This document shows positions 53,805 to 61,888 of a stretch of DNA of 64,000 nucleotides, one piece after another; position 1 is the first letter of the stretch; each line of letters opens with the position of its first letter. Made by a program: the position numbers and the translations under genes. Source of the DNA: a virus; IMG/VR virus record IMGVR_UViG_3300010965_000002, positions 64,001-128,000 of that record; one strand, 5' to 3'. The notes under the pieces were generated by a model. It did no database searches. It was not told the DNA's origin and saw only the letters and a program-made list of their open reading frames with translations.

Positions 53805-54801
53805 GTATAGCCTTGACGACCACTACCGTTGGGGCTTTGGTGATTCTTGGTTCAACATGCCAGAGAATCCACGGGATTGCTTTCGAGTGTCTCTGGGTTC
53901 GTGCAAACGTGGACCTCTGTCGCTGCGTGAAGAATGCGTTATTGCTGCAAAGCAGTTGTCTGAAACGATTACCAAGCCTCTGTTGGTGGGACTATCCGGT
54001 GGCTTTGACAGTCAGGTGGTGTGTCTCTCTTTCATGGCGGCTGGCGTACCGTTCACACCTGTGGTGCTGCGCTTAACCAGCGATAGCGGGGCGTTTTACA
54101 ACCAGACTGACTACGCTAACGCCATGAAGTTCTGTAGCCTCAAAGGCATTGTGCCTTTGGTGGAGACACTGAACCTGGACGAGTTCTATCGTGGTGAAGG
54201 TCTGCGGCTCATTCAGGACAACTGCATCACGGTGGCTGAGATAGCTGTGCAACTGCACTTGGTAATCAAGTACAAGGACACTCATGCGTATGTCAACGGA
54301 GGCGGTGACCCTACGCTCTCGTTCATGAATGGCAAGCTGGTGTACTCGCTTATGCCTACTCCGATTCAACAGTACATGATTAACAACGGCATCGAAGGAT
54401 GTCTCAAGTTTTTCATGTATTCGCCTGAACAGATAGCGGCGTATCTGCAACATCCTGTGATGCAGATGTACAACGCGGGCTGCGAGACACTACACGACGG
54501 CTACAAAGGTCCAAACATCTTTACGTTCGTGGTCAAGCCCATGATGTACTTGAACCAGTGGCCGGAGTTGGTGCAGCGAAAGAAACAGACAGGCTTTGAG
54601 CAAGTTCCCTACTTTGCAAAAATGCGGGAGCTTACATTTAGCTTGAACGAGCACATAAATCCAAGGGCGAAGAAGATCACTTGGACCTATGAGCAATTAG
54701 TTGACCACCTAATGAATGGTCAAGGCGCGATTAAAACATGGAGAAGTGTTGATGAACACGATACATCTGGACCCTACCCTAGCGTATTCACAAGCGTTTA
54801 A
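53791..54801 (+). CDS. PP-loop ATPase 2, paralogue of 36577
   Basis: VGLSGGFDSQ; C-terminal RKKQTGFE; AAGGA RBS before ATG 53791. Confidence 0.8.
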   Translation: MNYGKYSLDDHYRWGFGDSWFNMPENPRDCFRVSLGSCKRGPLSLREECVIAAKQLSETITKPLLVGLSGGFDSQVVCLSFMAAGVPFTPVVLRLTSDSGAFYNQTDYANAMKFCSLKGIVPLVETLNLDEFYRGEGLRLIQDNCITVAEIAVQLHLVIKYKDTHAYVNGGGDPTLSFMNGKLVYSLMPTPIQQYMINNGIEGCLKFFMYSPEQIAAYLQHPVMQMYNAGCETLHDGYKGPNIFTFVVKPMMYLNQWPELVQRKKQTGFEQVPYFAKMRELTFSLNEHINPRAKKITWTYEQLVDHLMNGQGAIKTWRSVDEHDTSGPYPSVFTSV

Positions 54802-55162
54802 CTTTGTGATGCGTGAGTGGGTCAGAATGCTTGAAGCAGGTACCGCGAGCCAAGAACTTTGCTTTAGCAATGCAACCTCAGTGGTGTATGCTAAAGATGA
54901 CCAAGACAAGGTTGTTGGTGCCATCCTGTTTTCAGTGGATGACACGAAACGTCAAGGCTGGATTTATCTGGCTATGGTTGACGCTGACAGACGCAAGCAG
55001 CATCTGTATCAGGACATGTATGCGTTGGTTGAACAGGAATGCAAACGCAGAGGTGCCGTTACCCTGTCGTCGAATGTGCATGTGTCCAACACACCAATGC
55101 TTAACGCGTTGAAGAAGAATGGGCGTGAAGCTCAGTGGTTGAAGACGACCAAAGCCCTGTGA
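54752..55162 (+). CDS. GNAT acetyltransferase, paralogue of 50377
   Basis: WIYLAMVDADRRKQHLY..SNVHVSNTPM; GGAG RBS before ATG 54752. Confidence 0.82.
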   Translation: MNTIHLDPTLAYSQAFNFVMREWVRMLEAGTASQELCFSNATSVVYAKDDQDKVVGAILFSVDDTKRQGWIYLAMVDADRRKQHLYQDMYALVEQECKRRGAVTLSSNVHVSNTPMLNALKKNGREAQWLKTTKAL

Positions 55163-55170
55163 CACAAAAT

Positions 55171-55210
55171 AAAAAGCCCCAGCAGATTCTTAGTCTGTCT
55201 GGGGCTTTTT
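55171..55210. terminator. bidirectional rho-independent terminator
   Basis: AAAAAGCCCCAG..CTGGGGCTTTTT; lies between convergent operons. Confidence 0.9.
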
Positions 55211-55214
55211 GCGT

Positions 55215-55310
55215 TCACAGGCTTGTGACTTTGAACAGTGCAAAGGCAACGGCTATGGGAGCGTTGACCAGTAGTGCGAGTGTCCAAAAGATCAAAGGGA
55301 TTTCAATCAT
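55215..55310 (-). CDS. 31-aa single-TM peptide, absent from the ORF track
   Basis: MIEIPLIFWTLALLVNAPIAVAFALFKVTSL; ATG overlaps the peptidase stop (TGATG). Confidence 0.5.
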   Translation of the reverse strand: MIEIPLIFWTLALLVNAPIAVAFALFKVTSL

Positions 55311-55798
55311 CAGTAACCTGTGCAAAATTGGAAGTGCATCGGGTCGCAGTTTGCACCACTCCAATCACCACCCCATTTCCAACCGAACTCACGGAACACC
55401 GCAACAACGGCCATAGGCATATCACCACGCGAACCCATCTGGTTTGTGGCAGTGTTCAAATCAATGGCAATACCCCACGAGTGGGTGCTGTATTTGGCTA
55501 CTCCACGCTTGGCGCGGTAAGCATACGCACCTCCATAAGTCTTGATTTGAGGGGCCAAACCACGGTCATTGAGGGCCTTAAACGTCGCTTGTAGCACCTC
55601 AACTAACGCCTTATTTACGCGCATGGACGATACACGTACTTTAGGGTCCCAAGCCAGTGGAATGCTAAAGGGTATAGGAACAGCCACCATTCGCTCGGTT
55701 TCCCACCGTGGGTCTACCGTGCCGTCTGGACGGACATAGTCCTTGAGAGAACCAAACGTTGCGTTGATGGCATTAAGCCCATTGGGTGCGGTTAACAT
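55310..55798 (-). CDS. peptidase M15 family endolysin (L-Ala-D-Glu peptidase-like)
   Basis: YAYRAKRG..STHSWGIAIDLN..WGGDW..DPMHFQ; AAGGA RBS before ATG 55798. Confidence 0.9.
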   Translation of the reverse strand: MLTAPNGLNAINATFGSLKDYVRPDGTVDPRWETERMVAVPIPFSIPLAWDPKVRVSSMRVNKALVEVLQATFKALNDRGLAPQIKTYGGAYAYRAKRGVAKYSTHSWGIAIDLNTATNQMGSRGDMPMAVVAVFREFGWKWGGDWSGANCDPMHFQFCTGY

Positions 55799-56339
55799 GT
55801 GGGAGTCCTTGTTGATTGTGAAGCTGTTGCATGTTCCGCTGCCAACAGGCAAACCGTTGTGGAATGCGATCAGGCCAACCGATGAACTCAGTTGTTGCGG
55901 AGGCGAAGTTTGTACGCGCTAAGTCTGCACAACGACGACCTTGGCGTTTATTCCAAAGCCATATCCAACTGCGGTAGCTAAGACCCATTTCAAGCAAATG
56001 GTCAGGCTCTGAGATACAGTCCACACCACTCCAACAGGAGAACTGGTGATACACTGCACGACCTACAAGCCGGCCCCAGCCACGCTGACGATAGAGTTCT
56101 TGATCGTCTGGATGGGTGTTGCCGAATATAGGACTATCGTACAAGCGTTGGTGCGGTATGTGCTCAGGACTCCAAGGCTCAGCAATGAATGCCAGCGCAT
56201 CAGAATCAACAACAAGTTGGGCTGCGAAGAAAGCTACGTGGTGTGGAAGAAAGTTCTCCTCCACGATTGTCTGATCTATTAGACGCGCAGTACGGGAGTC
56301 ACTGCGTTCAAATAGTTGACCAAGAACTCTGGGTAACAT
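55773..56339 (-). CDS. GH19 (chitinase/lysozyme-like) fold protein with degenerate active site
   Basis: AFFAAQLVVDS (cf. FLAQxxHES), FGNTHPDD..YRQRGWGRLVGR (cf. YRGRGxIQLTGR), GVDCISEPD..WIWLW. Confidence 0.65.
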   Translation of the reverse strand: MLPRVLGQLFERSDSRTARLIDQTIVEENFLPHHVAFFAAQLVVDSDALAFIAEPWSPEHIPHQRLYDSPIFGNTHPDDQELYRQRGWGRLVGRAVYHQFSCWSGVDCISEPDHLLEMGLSYRSWIWLWNKRQGRRCADLARTNFASATTEFIGWPDRIPQRFACWQRNMQQLHNQQGLPHVNRTQWA

Positions 56340-56342
56340 ACG

Positions 56343-56798
56343 TCACAACGCCTTGTCTCGGTGGCGCAATACTTCTGCTGTCCACGCGTTAAGGAATTTG
56401 TCGTCTGCTACTGTAACCCACTGCTCTCGCAGTTTATTGAGCGTCACTACATGAGGTACGTTCAAGCTGGTGTCAAACTGGCGGGCTGTCAAATCAATTG
56501 TCCAGCGGCCAATGCCTACAACGTAGTGACTCCACTTGTCACGTCGTTTCTCAGCCCACTTTGGATGCGGATTTGGATACGCTGGCGCAGGACAGTTCTG
56601 GATGTGAACCAATCGTGCTTTGAACCCACGTTGTCGCAAGAAAAGTACAAGCTCATACGAGGCAAACTTGCATTTGTTGTACGCGCCCCGTTGTGTTTGC
56701 AGCTTTGGAAAAGATCGGGCAAACTCACGAATGAGTGAAGCCAGATGCTTGCCTTTGCTTGGATGCGGTTGCGGTTTGTTTGTGTCTAGGACTTTCAT
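56343..56798 (-). CDS. transglutaminase/papain-like Cys-His-Asp fold protein
   Basis: NKCKFAS..SHYVV..IDLTARQF. Confidence 0.65.
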   Translation of the reverse strand: MKVLDTNKPQPHPSKGKHLASLIREFARSFPKLQTQRGAYNKCKFASYELVLFLRQRGFKARLVHIQNCPAPAYPNPHPKWAEKRRDKWSHYVVGIGRWTIDLTARQFDTSLNVPHVVTLNKLREQWVTVADDKFLNAWTAEVLRHRDKAL

Positions 56799-57043
56799 GC
56801 CTTGCTTTCTGTTTTTGGTACTGCGTCACCACAGCGTATCTTCCCATGGAATAACGGTGGTGGCAGCACACGATGTTTTGGACTACGAGGCACGTAGCTA
56901 AAGATACGTCCGTCTTCGATATACAGGAAGTGTGGAAACATACCCCAGTAGCTTTTGCGCATGGCAACATATCCGTGCTTGCCAGCCCTACGTCTACCGA
57001 TGTATGTCCCAACCGCCCAGAACAAGCAGTTGCTCAGTTTCAT
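56795..57043 (-). CDS. small papain-like Cys/His protein
   Basis: SNCLFWA..PHFL..SYVP; ATG 57043 preferred. Confidence 0.5.
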   Translation of the reverse strand: MKLSNCLFWAVGTYIGRRRAGKHGYVAMRKSYWGMFPHFLYIEDGRIFSYVPRSPKHRVLPPPLFHGKIRCGDAVPKTESKA

Positions 57044-57060
57044 TATTGGTAAGCTCTCAA

Positions 57061-57258
57061 CTAGGTCCAACGCTGGTCAGGACATTTAGCCCGCTCACGT
57101 TGAACCAGTATTTCAATAAAGCAGTTGTTTAGACTGCACAAGCTACTTACCTTATAGGTACATTCGACGCAGACGGAACTGCGTTGACAGGCTGTTTCCC
57201 TATCAACGTTGCCGCCAGGTAATTGCACCAGTGCGTATGCTGCTCTGAGCAGGGACAT
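57061..57258 (-). CDS. 65-aa Cys-rich protein, paralogue of 19020
   Basis: QRSSVCVECT..C..C..KCPDQRW. Confidence 0.7.
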   Translation of the reverse strand: MSLLRAAYALVQLPGGNVDRETACQRSSVCVECTYKVSSLCSLNNCFIEILVQRERAKCPDQRWT

Positions 57259-57261
57259 TAC

Positions 57262-57738
57262 TCAGACTGAGATTGGCAACAGAAAGGGACTTAGTTCCAG
57301 TACACCTGGAACAATGCGAGAGGCTGCGCGGTTCAACATTGTTGTTTTACCCGCAAGTGCTGTTGCAGCAACCAACTCAGAGCAGAACCAGCTATCGTCC
57401 TGCTGCCAGTTACGGTTAGGTGCTAAGAAGCCGAACACACCGCTCCAATCATAAGGCTTGCCAAGCTGCTGCTGTGCAAACGCAAACGCTGCACCTTCAT
57501 CCCAAATGTGCAGATCGTAAATCTTGTACTCGGCAATGTTAGACTGAGAGAGCCTTGCGCTAAGAGTGGTTTGCTGTACGCCACCTCGCCAAGTCTCACC
57601 AGCATGAAAGCCTACCGCACCGATCAAAATGTTGTTGTCGAATACCATGTCAACATGGTTCCACTTGCTAAGGGTTGCCGTTCGTATGGCTAACCCGACA
57701 GCAGTGTTGCTACGACTGAAAACAAGTTTCATTATCAA
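57262..57738 (-). CDS. permuted papain-like amidase (YiiX/YebB, peptidase C92-like)
   Basis: WNHVDM..GKPYDW..WFCSELVA. Confidence 0.88.
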   Translation of the reverse strand: MIMKLVFSRSNTAVGLAIRTATLSKWNHVDMVFDNNILIGAVGFHAGETWRGGVQQTTLSARLSQSNIAEYKIYDLHIWDEGAAFAFAQQQLGKPYDWSGVFGFLAPNRNWQQDDSWFCSELVAATALAGKTTMLNRAASRIVPGVLELSPFLLPISV

Positions 57739-58283
57739 GCACCTGGTTTTCGTAACGCTTCTAAAGAGGCTACGGCTGTGTTGTAGATAGTCACGATAGG
57801 TTCAATGGCTGTGGCAGCACCAATACCAGTGGTAGCTGTCAGCCTCACCTTGCGAACCAGTGTCAGAATCATCTTTAACTGGACGGCAGCGGCCAATATG
57901 CTATTGGCGACTAAGGTGTAGTCCGTTGTACCCAAGATTTGACCGTAATCGGAGATTGTGGTCGGCACTGGGGCTTGGAAGCCTCGTGCTTTGTAGTCGA
58001 GTGCTTCGACCTCAGCTAATCTGTATTCTTCAACGACGAAAAGACCGTCGCTGAGATACGAGTTGCGCACGTCACCACTGAGGTTGTTAACACGACTGAT
58101 GATGTCCTGTTTGATAAGTTTTAGCACGCCTGCCGCTATGTCTGTTGCAGAAGGGCGCGCACCTTTTGAATCGTTCCAAGCAAGAACAGTACCATCTACA
58201 TCAAGGATAAAGTCTTTGCCGCTAGTAGCCTTGAACTGACGCTCAATGAACGTCGTTGCATAGGCAGGAATGTTAAAGTCCAT
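57735..58283 (-). CDS. tail fibre assembly-like protein
   Basis: EEYRLAEVEALDY..ANSILAAA..VRKVRL pattern like 32429; follows fibre gene. Confidence 0.55.
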   Translation of the reverse strand: MDFNIPAYATTFIERQFKATSGKDFILDVDGTVLAWNDSKGARPSATDIAAGVLKLIKQDIISRVNNLSGDVRNSYLSDGLFVVEEYRLAEVEALDYKARGFQAPVPTTISDYGQILGTTDYTLVANSILAAAVQLKMILTLVRKVRLTATTGIGAATAIEPIVTIYNTAVASLEALRKPGA

Positions 58284-58304
58284 AGGTTCCCCCGAGAATG
58301 TATT

Positions 58305-59441
58305 TTACTGGTCAGTCTCAACTGTCCAGCCTAGAGAAGCCAAAGCAAAGGTACCCGTCGTGGTGTTGTTGGTCATGAACTTCCACGGCAGCAGGAATGC
58401 AGTGTTTGCAGGTATGTTTGTTGTTAGTGTACCTGAAAATTCTGCGTTAGAGGTCATGTTTTTAACACGGTAGCCTATGCCAGTACCGTTTGGAGCACCG
58501 AACAGGGTCAACTCCAAAATGTCAGGCGTGTTCACAGGGAACGAAGCGCCAAGAGCCAGCACTGTGGGCGCTGTGCCTGAAGCGTTGTTCACCAAATTCC
58601 AGTTACCAGTGTTGGTGTTAACTGCGAGGCCAATCTTACCTGGTGTGGTACTGGTCGTGGGGTCGATGTTTGTTGGTGCTGCGGTACTATCGGAAACGCC
58701 TACAAACACACGCTGTGTAGCTACCAGGGTGACTAACGCGAAACGTTCACAGTACATAAAGCCGCCAAGACCCGCAGCGTTACCGCGCCACATTAACGTA
58801 GCCGAGGCGCGTTGACTGATTAACGTACCTGCGGTTGTTGCCGCAGCAGTAAACAGCGTTCGTCGGGTTGATGCTAACAGGTTTGTTGAGGCTAACGCCG
58901 GGGTACTAAGCGTACCAACGTTCGTTACCGTGGTACCTATGACAGTTTGTGATGTAGTAGCTGCAGGACGCACAAACACGATACTGTTAAACATCAGTGC
59001 TTGTTGAAACGGCATGTCCCAGCCACTGGGACCAACCCATTTAGGCCAAAGACGACCAGCAATAGACTTCGCGTACAGCAGCAACGTACCAGCCGCAGGC
59101 GCAGCAGGTTCAGTTGTAATGGCATTCAGCAGAATCTTTGGATTCGTACCAATCAAGGACAGAACGTTGTTTACGCTGTCATAGGTGAAGTTCGACGACG
59201 CACCAAAAGCACCTGCATTGTTGTACTGGATTTGTGTCGTAGCACCAGCCGGTGTGCCACCACCACCTATCTCACTCTCTTTGGCAAAAGCCTCATAAGC
59301 AGATGTGCTTGTACCGATGGCAAACCGATTTTCATCTGTGATAAGGTACGGTTCTCCTTGTCGCAGATTTACGGCTACGCCTTGCGCATTAAGAGCGGCT
59401 CTTGTAGTGCGTAAGATTTTTATTGAATTGTTACGTGCCAT
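58305..59441 (-). CDS. fibre-like virion protein
   Basis: SIKILRTTRAAL..GEPYLITDENRFAIG (Mtd-N-like), GATTQIQYNNAGAFGAS, lectin-like C-terminus. Confidence 0.72.
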   Translation of the reverse strand: MARNNSIKILRTTRAALNAQGVAVNLRQGEPYLITDENRFAIGTSTSAYEAFAKESEIGGGGTPAGATTQIQYNNAGAFGASSNFTYDSVNNVLSLIGTNPKILLNAITTEPAAPAAGTLLLYAKSIAGRLWPKWVGPSGWDMPFQQALMFNSIVFVRPAATTSQTVIGTTVTNVGTLSTPALASTNLLASTRRTLFTAAATTAGTLISQRASATLMWRGNAAGLGGFMYCERFALVTLVATQRVFVGVSDSTAAPTNIDPTTSTTPGKIGLAVNTNTGNWNLVNNASGTAPTVLALGASFPVNTPDILELTLFGAPNGTGIGYRVKNMTSNAEFSGTLTTNIPANTAFLLPWKFMTNNTTTGTFALASLGWTVETDQ

Positions 59442-59462
59442 GAAATGTCCAATGTCAGGTTA

Positions 59463-59492
59463 GACGTGGGCTGTTTTTATTAGTCCCACGTC
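59463..59492. promoter_or_regulatory. hairpin GACGTGGG..CCCACGTC between two fibre genes
   Basis: Perfect 8-bp stem read from sequence; intergenic. Confidence 0.45.
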
Positions 59493-59511
59493 CGATTAAG
59501 CCACCGTTGGA

Positions 59512-61011
59512 TTAGAACGTGCCACCATCCAAGGTGATTGCGTCAATGGTGCCACCAGTGATTGCAACCGCCGAGGCATTCTGCACGGCCATAGTACCCA
59601 GACCGGAAATGTCCGTGTTCGGGATAGTGGAGCTAGCAGTCATGATGCCAGTACCGTTGCCCTTGACGTAACCAGTCAGTGACGCTGCACCTGTACCACC
59701 GTTGGCCGCTGTGACCACGCCTGTGACGTTGGCTGCATTGCCTGTGATGTTACCGGAGATAGTGGACGCTGCAATAGTGCCACCAGTGATATTTACAGCG
59801 GAGGCCGATTGGGTCGACATCGTACCCAAACCCGTGATGTCGGTATTGGGAATGGTCGAAACAGCCGTCATCGCAGAGGTGCCGTTACCCTTGACGTAAC
59901 CAGTCAGCGTTGCCGCGCCAGTACCACCGTTAGGAACGTTCACCACACCAGTAACGTTTGCTGCACTACCTGTGATGTTACCTGTGATGGTAGAACCAGC
60001 CACAGTACCACCAGTGATTGCAACCGCCGAAGCACTTTGGGTAGCCATAGTACCGAGGCCACCGATGTCAGCAGCCACCAGAGTAACTGCACCAACCTTA
60101 CCAGCAACGCTCACAACGTCAGGGCTGCCGCCTTCAACTTTGTCCCAAGTGGTGCCGTTGAAAACGATCAAGTCGCCCAAGCTCCATCCGGTGCTGCCGT
60201 CGATTGTGGTGTTACCTGCGGTTGCCACTTTGTAGTAGTAACCTTTGGTGCCAACACCGTTAGCAAGCGCAGGCGTATTGGTTGTTGCGTTCCAAGTGCC
60301 TTGGTAGTTCATACCGCCGAGCACACTGGCAGGCAGTTGCGATGTAGGAACTTTACCAGTGCCGTCCAAACCAGCGTAGCCGTTGGCAACACCCTTGTTT
60401 GCAACGCTTTCTGGAGTGAAGCCCAAAGAGGCAACCACATCAGCATTGGACATGTTTGCACCAACAGTCACACGACCGTAGGCATCAACGGTTGTCTTGG
60501 TGTAGGTACCAGCAGTAACGCCAGTGGTAGCCAAGTCAATGGTAGGTGCACCTGCAACACCGTCACCGTTGGCAACAGTGACGCGACCTGCTGTACCAGC
60601 CAGCACGCGAGTAGCGTAAACGCCTGAACTGGTTTGATACAGACCACCGAACGTAGCCAAGGCTGCGATTGCAGTCAGACCAGTTGCCAAAGGTTGAGCG
60701 AAGCCGCGTACCCAAGCGGTAGTAGCTGCGCTAGTGCTGTTGTTGGCACCAGCCACGGTAGGCACGTTAACCAAGCCAGTGAAGGTCTTGTCGCCTGTGA
60801 TGGTTTGGATACCATTCAGACTGACAAAGTTACCAAGCAAGCCTTGACCACCGATAGCAACCACAGTTGCTGCCGTGATACCAGTAGAGATACCCTTACC
60901 GTAGTAAAGGATGTCATCTACTTCGTTGTAGGCCAACTCAGCGTTGGTAAGACCAGCGGGAGCGCCAGCGCCACCAGTGGCACGGCGTTTGATACGAAAA
61001 ATGTTTGCCAT
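59512..61011 (-). CDS. fibre-like virion protein (499 aa)
   Basis: IKRRATG..AELAYNE N-terminus; NGYAGLDGTGKVPTSQLP; VVSVAGKVGAVTL; three GLGTMxxQxASAVxITGG modules. Confidence 0.8.
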   Translation of the reverse strand: MANIFRIKRRATGGAGAPAGLTNAELAYNEVDDILYYGKGISTGITAATVVAIGGQGLLGNFVSLNGIQTITGDKTFTGLVNVPTVAGANNSTSAATTAWVRGFAQPLATGLTAIAALATFGGLYQTSSGVYATRVLAGTAGRVTVANGDGVAGAPTIDLATTGVTAGTYTKTTVDAYGRVTVGANMSNADVVASLGFTPESVANKGVANGYAGLDGTGKVPTSQLPASVLGGMNYQGTWNATTNTPALANGVGTKGYYYKVATAGNTTIDGSTGWSLGDLIVFNGTTWDKVEGGSPDVVSVAGKVGAVTLVAADIGGLGTMATQSASAVAITGGTVAGSTITGNITGSAANVTGVVNVPNGGTGAATLTGYVKGNGTSAMTAVSTIPNTDITGLGTMSTQSASAVNITGGTIAASTISGNITGNAANVTGVVTAANGGTGAASLTGYVKGNGTGIMTASSTIPNTDISGLGTMAVQNASAVAITGGTIDAITLDGGTF

Positions 61012-61025
61012 CTTGAGTCCTTGAG

Positions 61026-61400
61026 TTAGAAATTGCCGCCGTCAAGCAGTAATTGACGTGGGGCTGTTGTTGCGTGCCAGAGATTGTCCATAGTCGCATA
61101 CTCAGGTATGCTTCCATCGGGAGCGGGAGTCAACGACGCCAGATCGTTAGACCCGGTGCCGCCGCCGCCTCCGCCGTTGTTACCGGCGTTGGGGTCAGTT
61201 GTACCTACATAGTCAGGAAGCAGCGCGTCGCTTGCATTGACATCGGGGATTTGAATGATAGTCAACAACTTGTTGACCTCAAGCCTCCGCATTTCAAGTG
61301 TGATTTGAGATACGGTTCGTTCCGAACTTGGAGGCACAAAAGAACTATCGCTTAGGGGCAATACGCTGGCGGTGTTATTGATTAACCGAAATGATGCCAT
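61026..61400 (-). CDS. hypothetical virion-associated protein (124 aa)
   Basis: Ends LDGGNF like the next fibre (LDGGTF); Gly-rich linker. Confidence 0.65.
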   Translation of the reverse strand: MASFRLINNTASVLPLSDSSFVPPSSERTVSQITLEMRRLEVNKLLTIIQIPDVNASDALLPDYVGTTDPNAGNNGGGGGGTGSNDLASLTPAPDGSIPEYATMDNLWHATTAPRQLLLDGGNF

Positions 61401-61461
61401 ATGCGCCCTTTAGAGATAGTCACCCGCTACCAGCGAGTCGAGATTTTGCCATGTGTACTCC

Positions 61462-61848
61462 TTAGTTTGTGAGGATACCGAGCTTTGCAGCACTTAACAA
61501 AAGGCCGACAATGGCAACGCCAATAGCCGCCCACAGCTTGTTGTTCACAGCCTTGAATGTCTCTGTCAAGGCATCGTACTGAGGGAACTTTTCGTTCACT
61601 CGGTCACGCACCTTCTCGAACCGTTCTTCAAGGTCGGCCAGTCGGCCTTTGTCCTCAGCGCGTCGTTCTTCCATGATCGCTAGCTTGGTAGCTACCTCGG
61701 TAAGCATACCTAACTGCTCTTGCATGTTGTCAAGCTGAGCCTGTTGACGAGTCTGTATTGATTGTTGGCCTGCAAGCATTGTCTGCTGCTGACTAACTAC
61801 CGTTTGCAGGCTGTTCAGGATTTGAGTTGATTGATCGTTCGCAGCCAT
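61462..61848 (-). CDS. coiled-coil protein with C-terminal TM helix (holin/XhlA-like)
   Basis: Gln/Glu-rich heptads, then LWAAIGVAIVGLLLSAA; ATG 61848 preferred. Confidence 0.55.
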   Translation of the reverse strand: MAANDQSTQILNSLQTVVSQQQTMLAGQQSIQTRQQAQLDNMQEQLGMLTEVATKLAIMEERRAEDKGRLADLEERFEKVRDRVNEKFPQYDALTETFKAVNNKLWAAIGVAIVGLLLSAAKLGILTN

Positions 61849-61888
61849 CTTTGGTGTGCCTTGTAGAAAAATTAACGCCGAGGTAGTC

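Noticed and set aside
33009-55162. DNA hypermodification cluster
   Set aside because: No thymidylate synthase, nucleotide kinase, TET/JBP, base glycosyltransferase or other DNA-linked gene in the island, and context is tail genes; disfavoured but only nucleoside analysis can exclude it
33705-56798. Lasso peptide cluster (RRE + asparagine synthase-like + transglutaminase-like protease)
   Set aside because: PP-loop proteins lack the two-domain lasso cyclase size, the protease is in a different convergent operon, and no lasso-type precursor was found; kept only as an analogy
59809-61029. Long + strand ORFs (272, 131 aa) and similar antisense ORFs across the window
   Set aside because: Lie opposite well-supported genes, lack RBS and recognisable motifs; expected from codon bias
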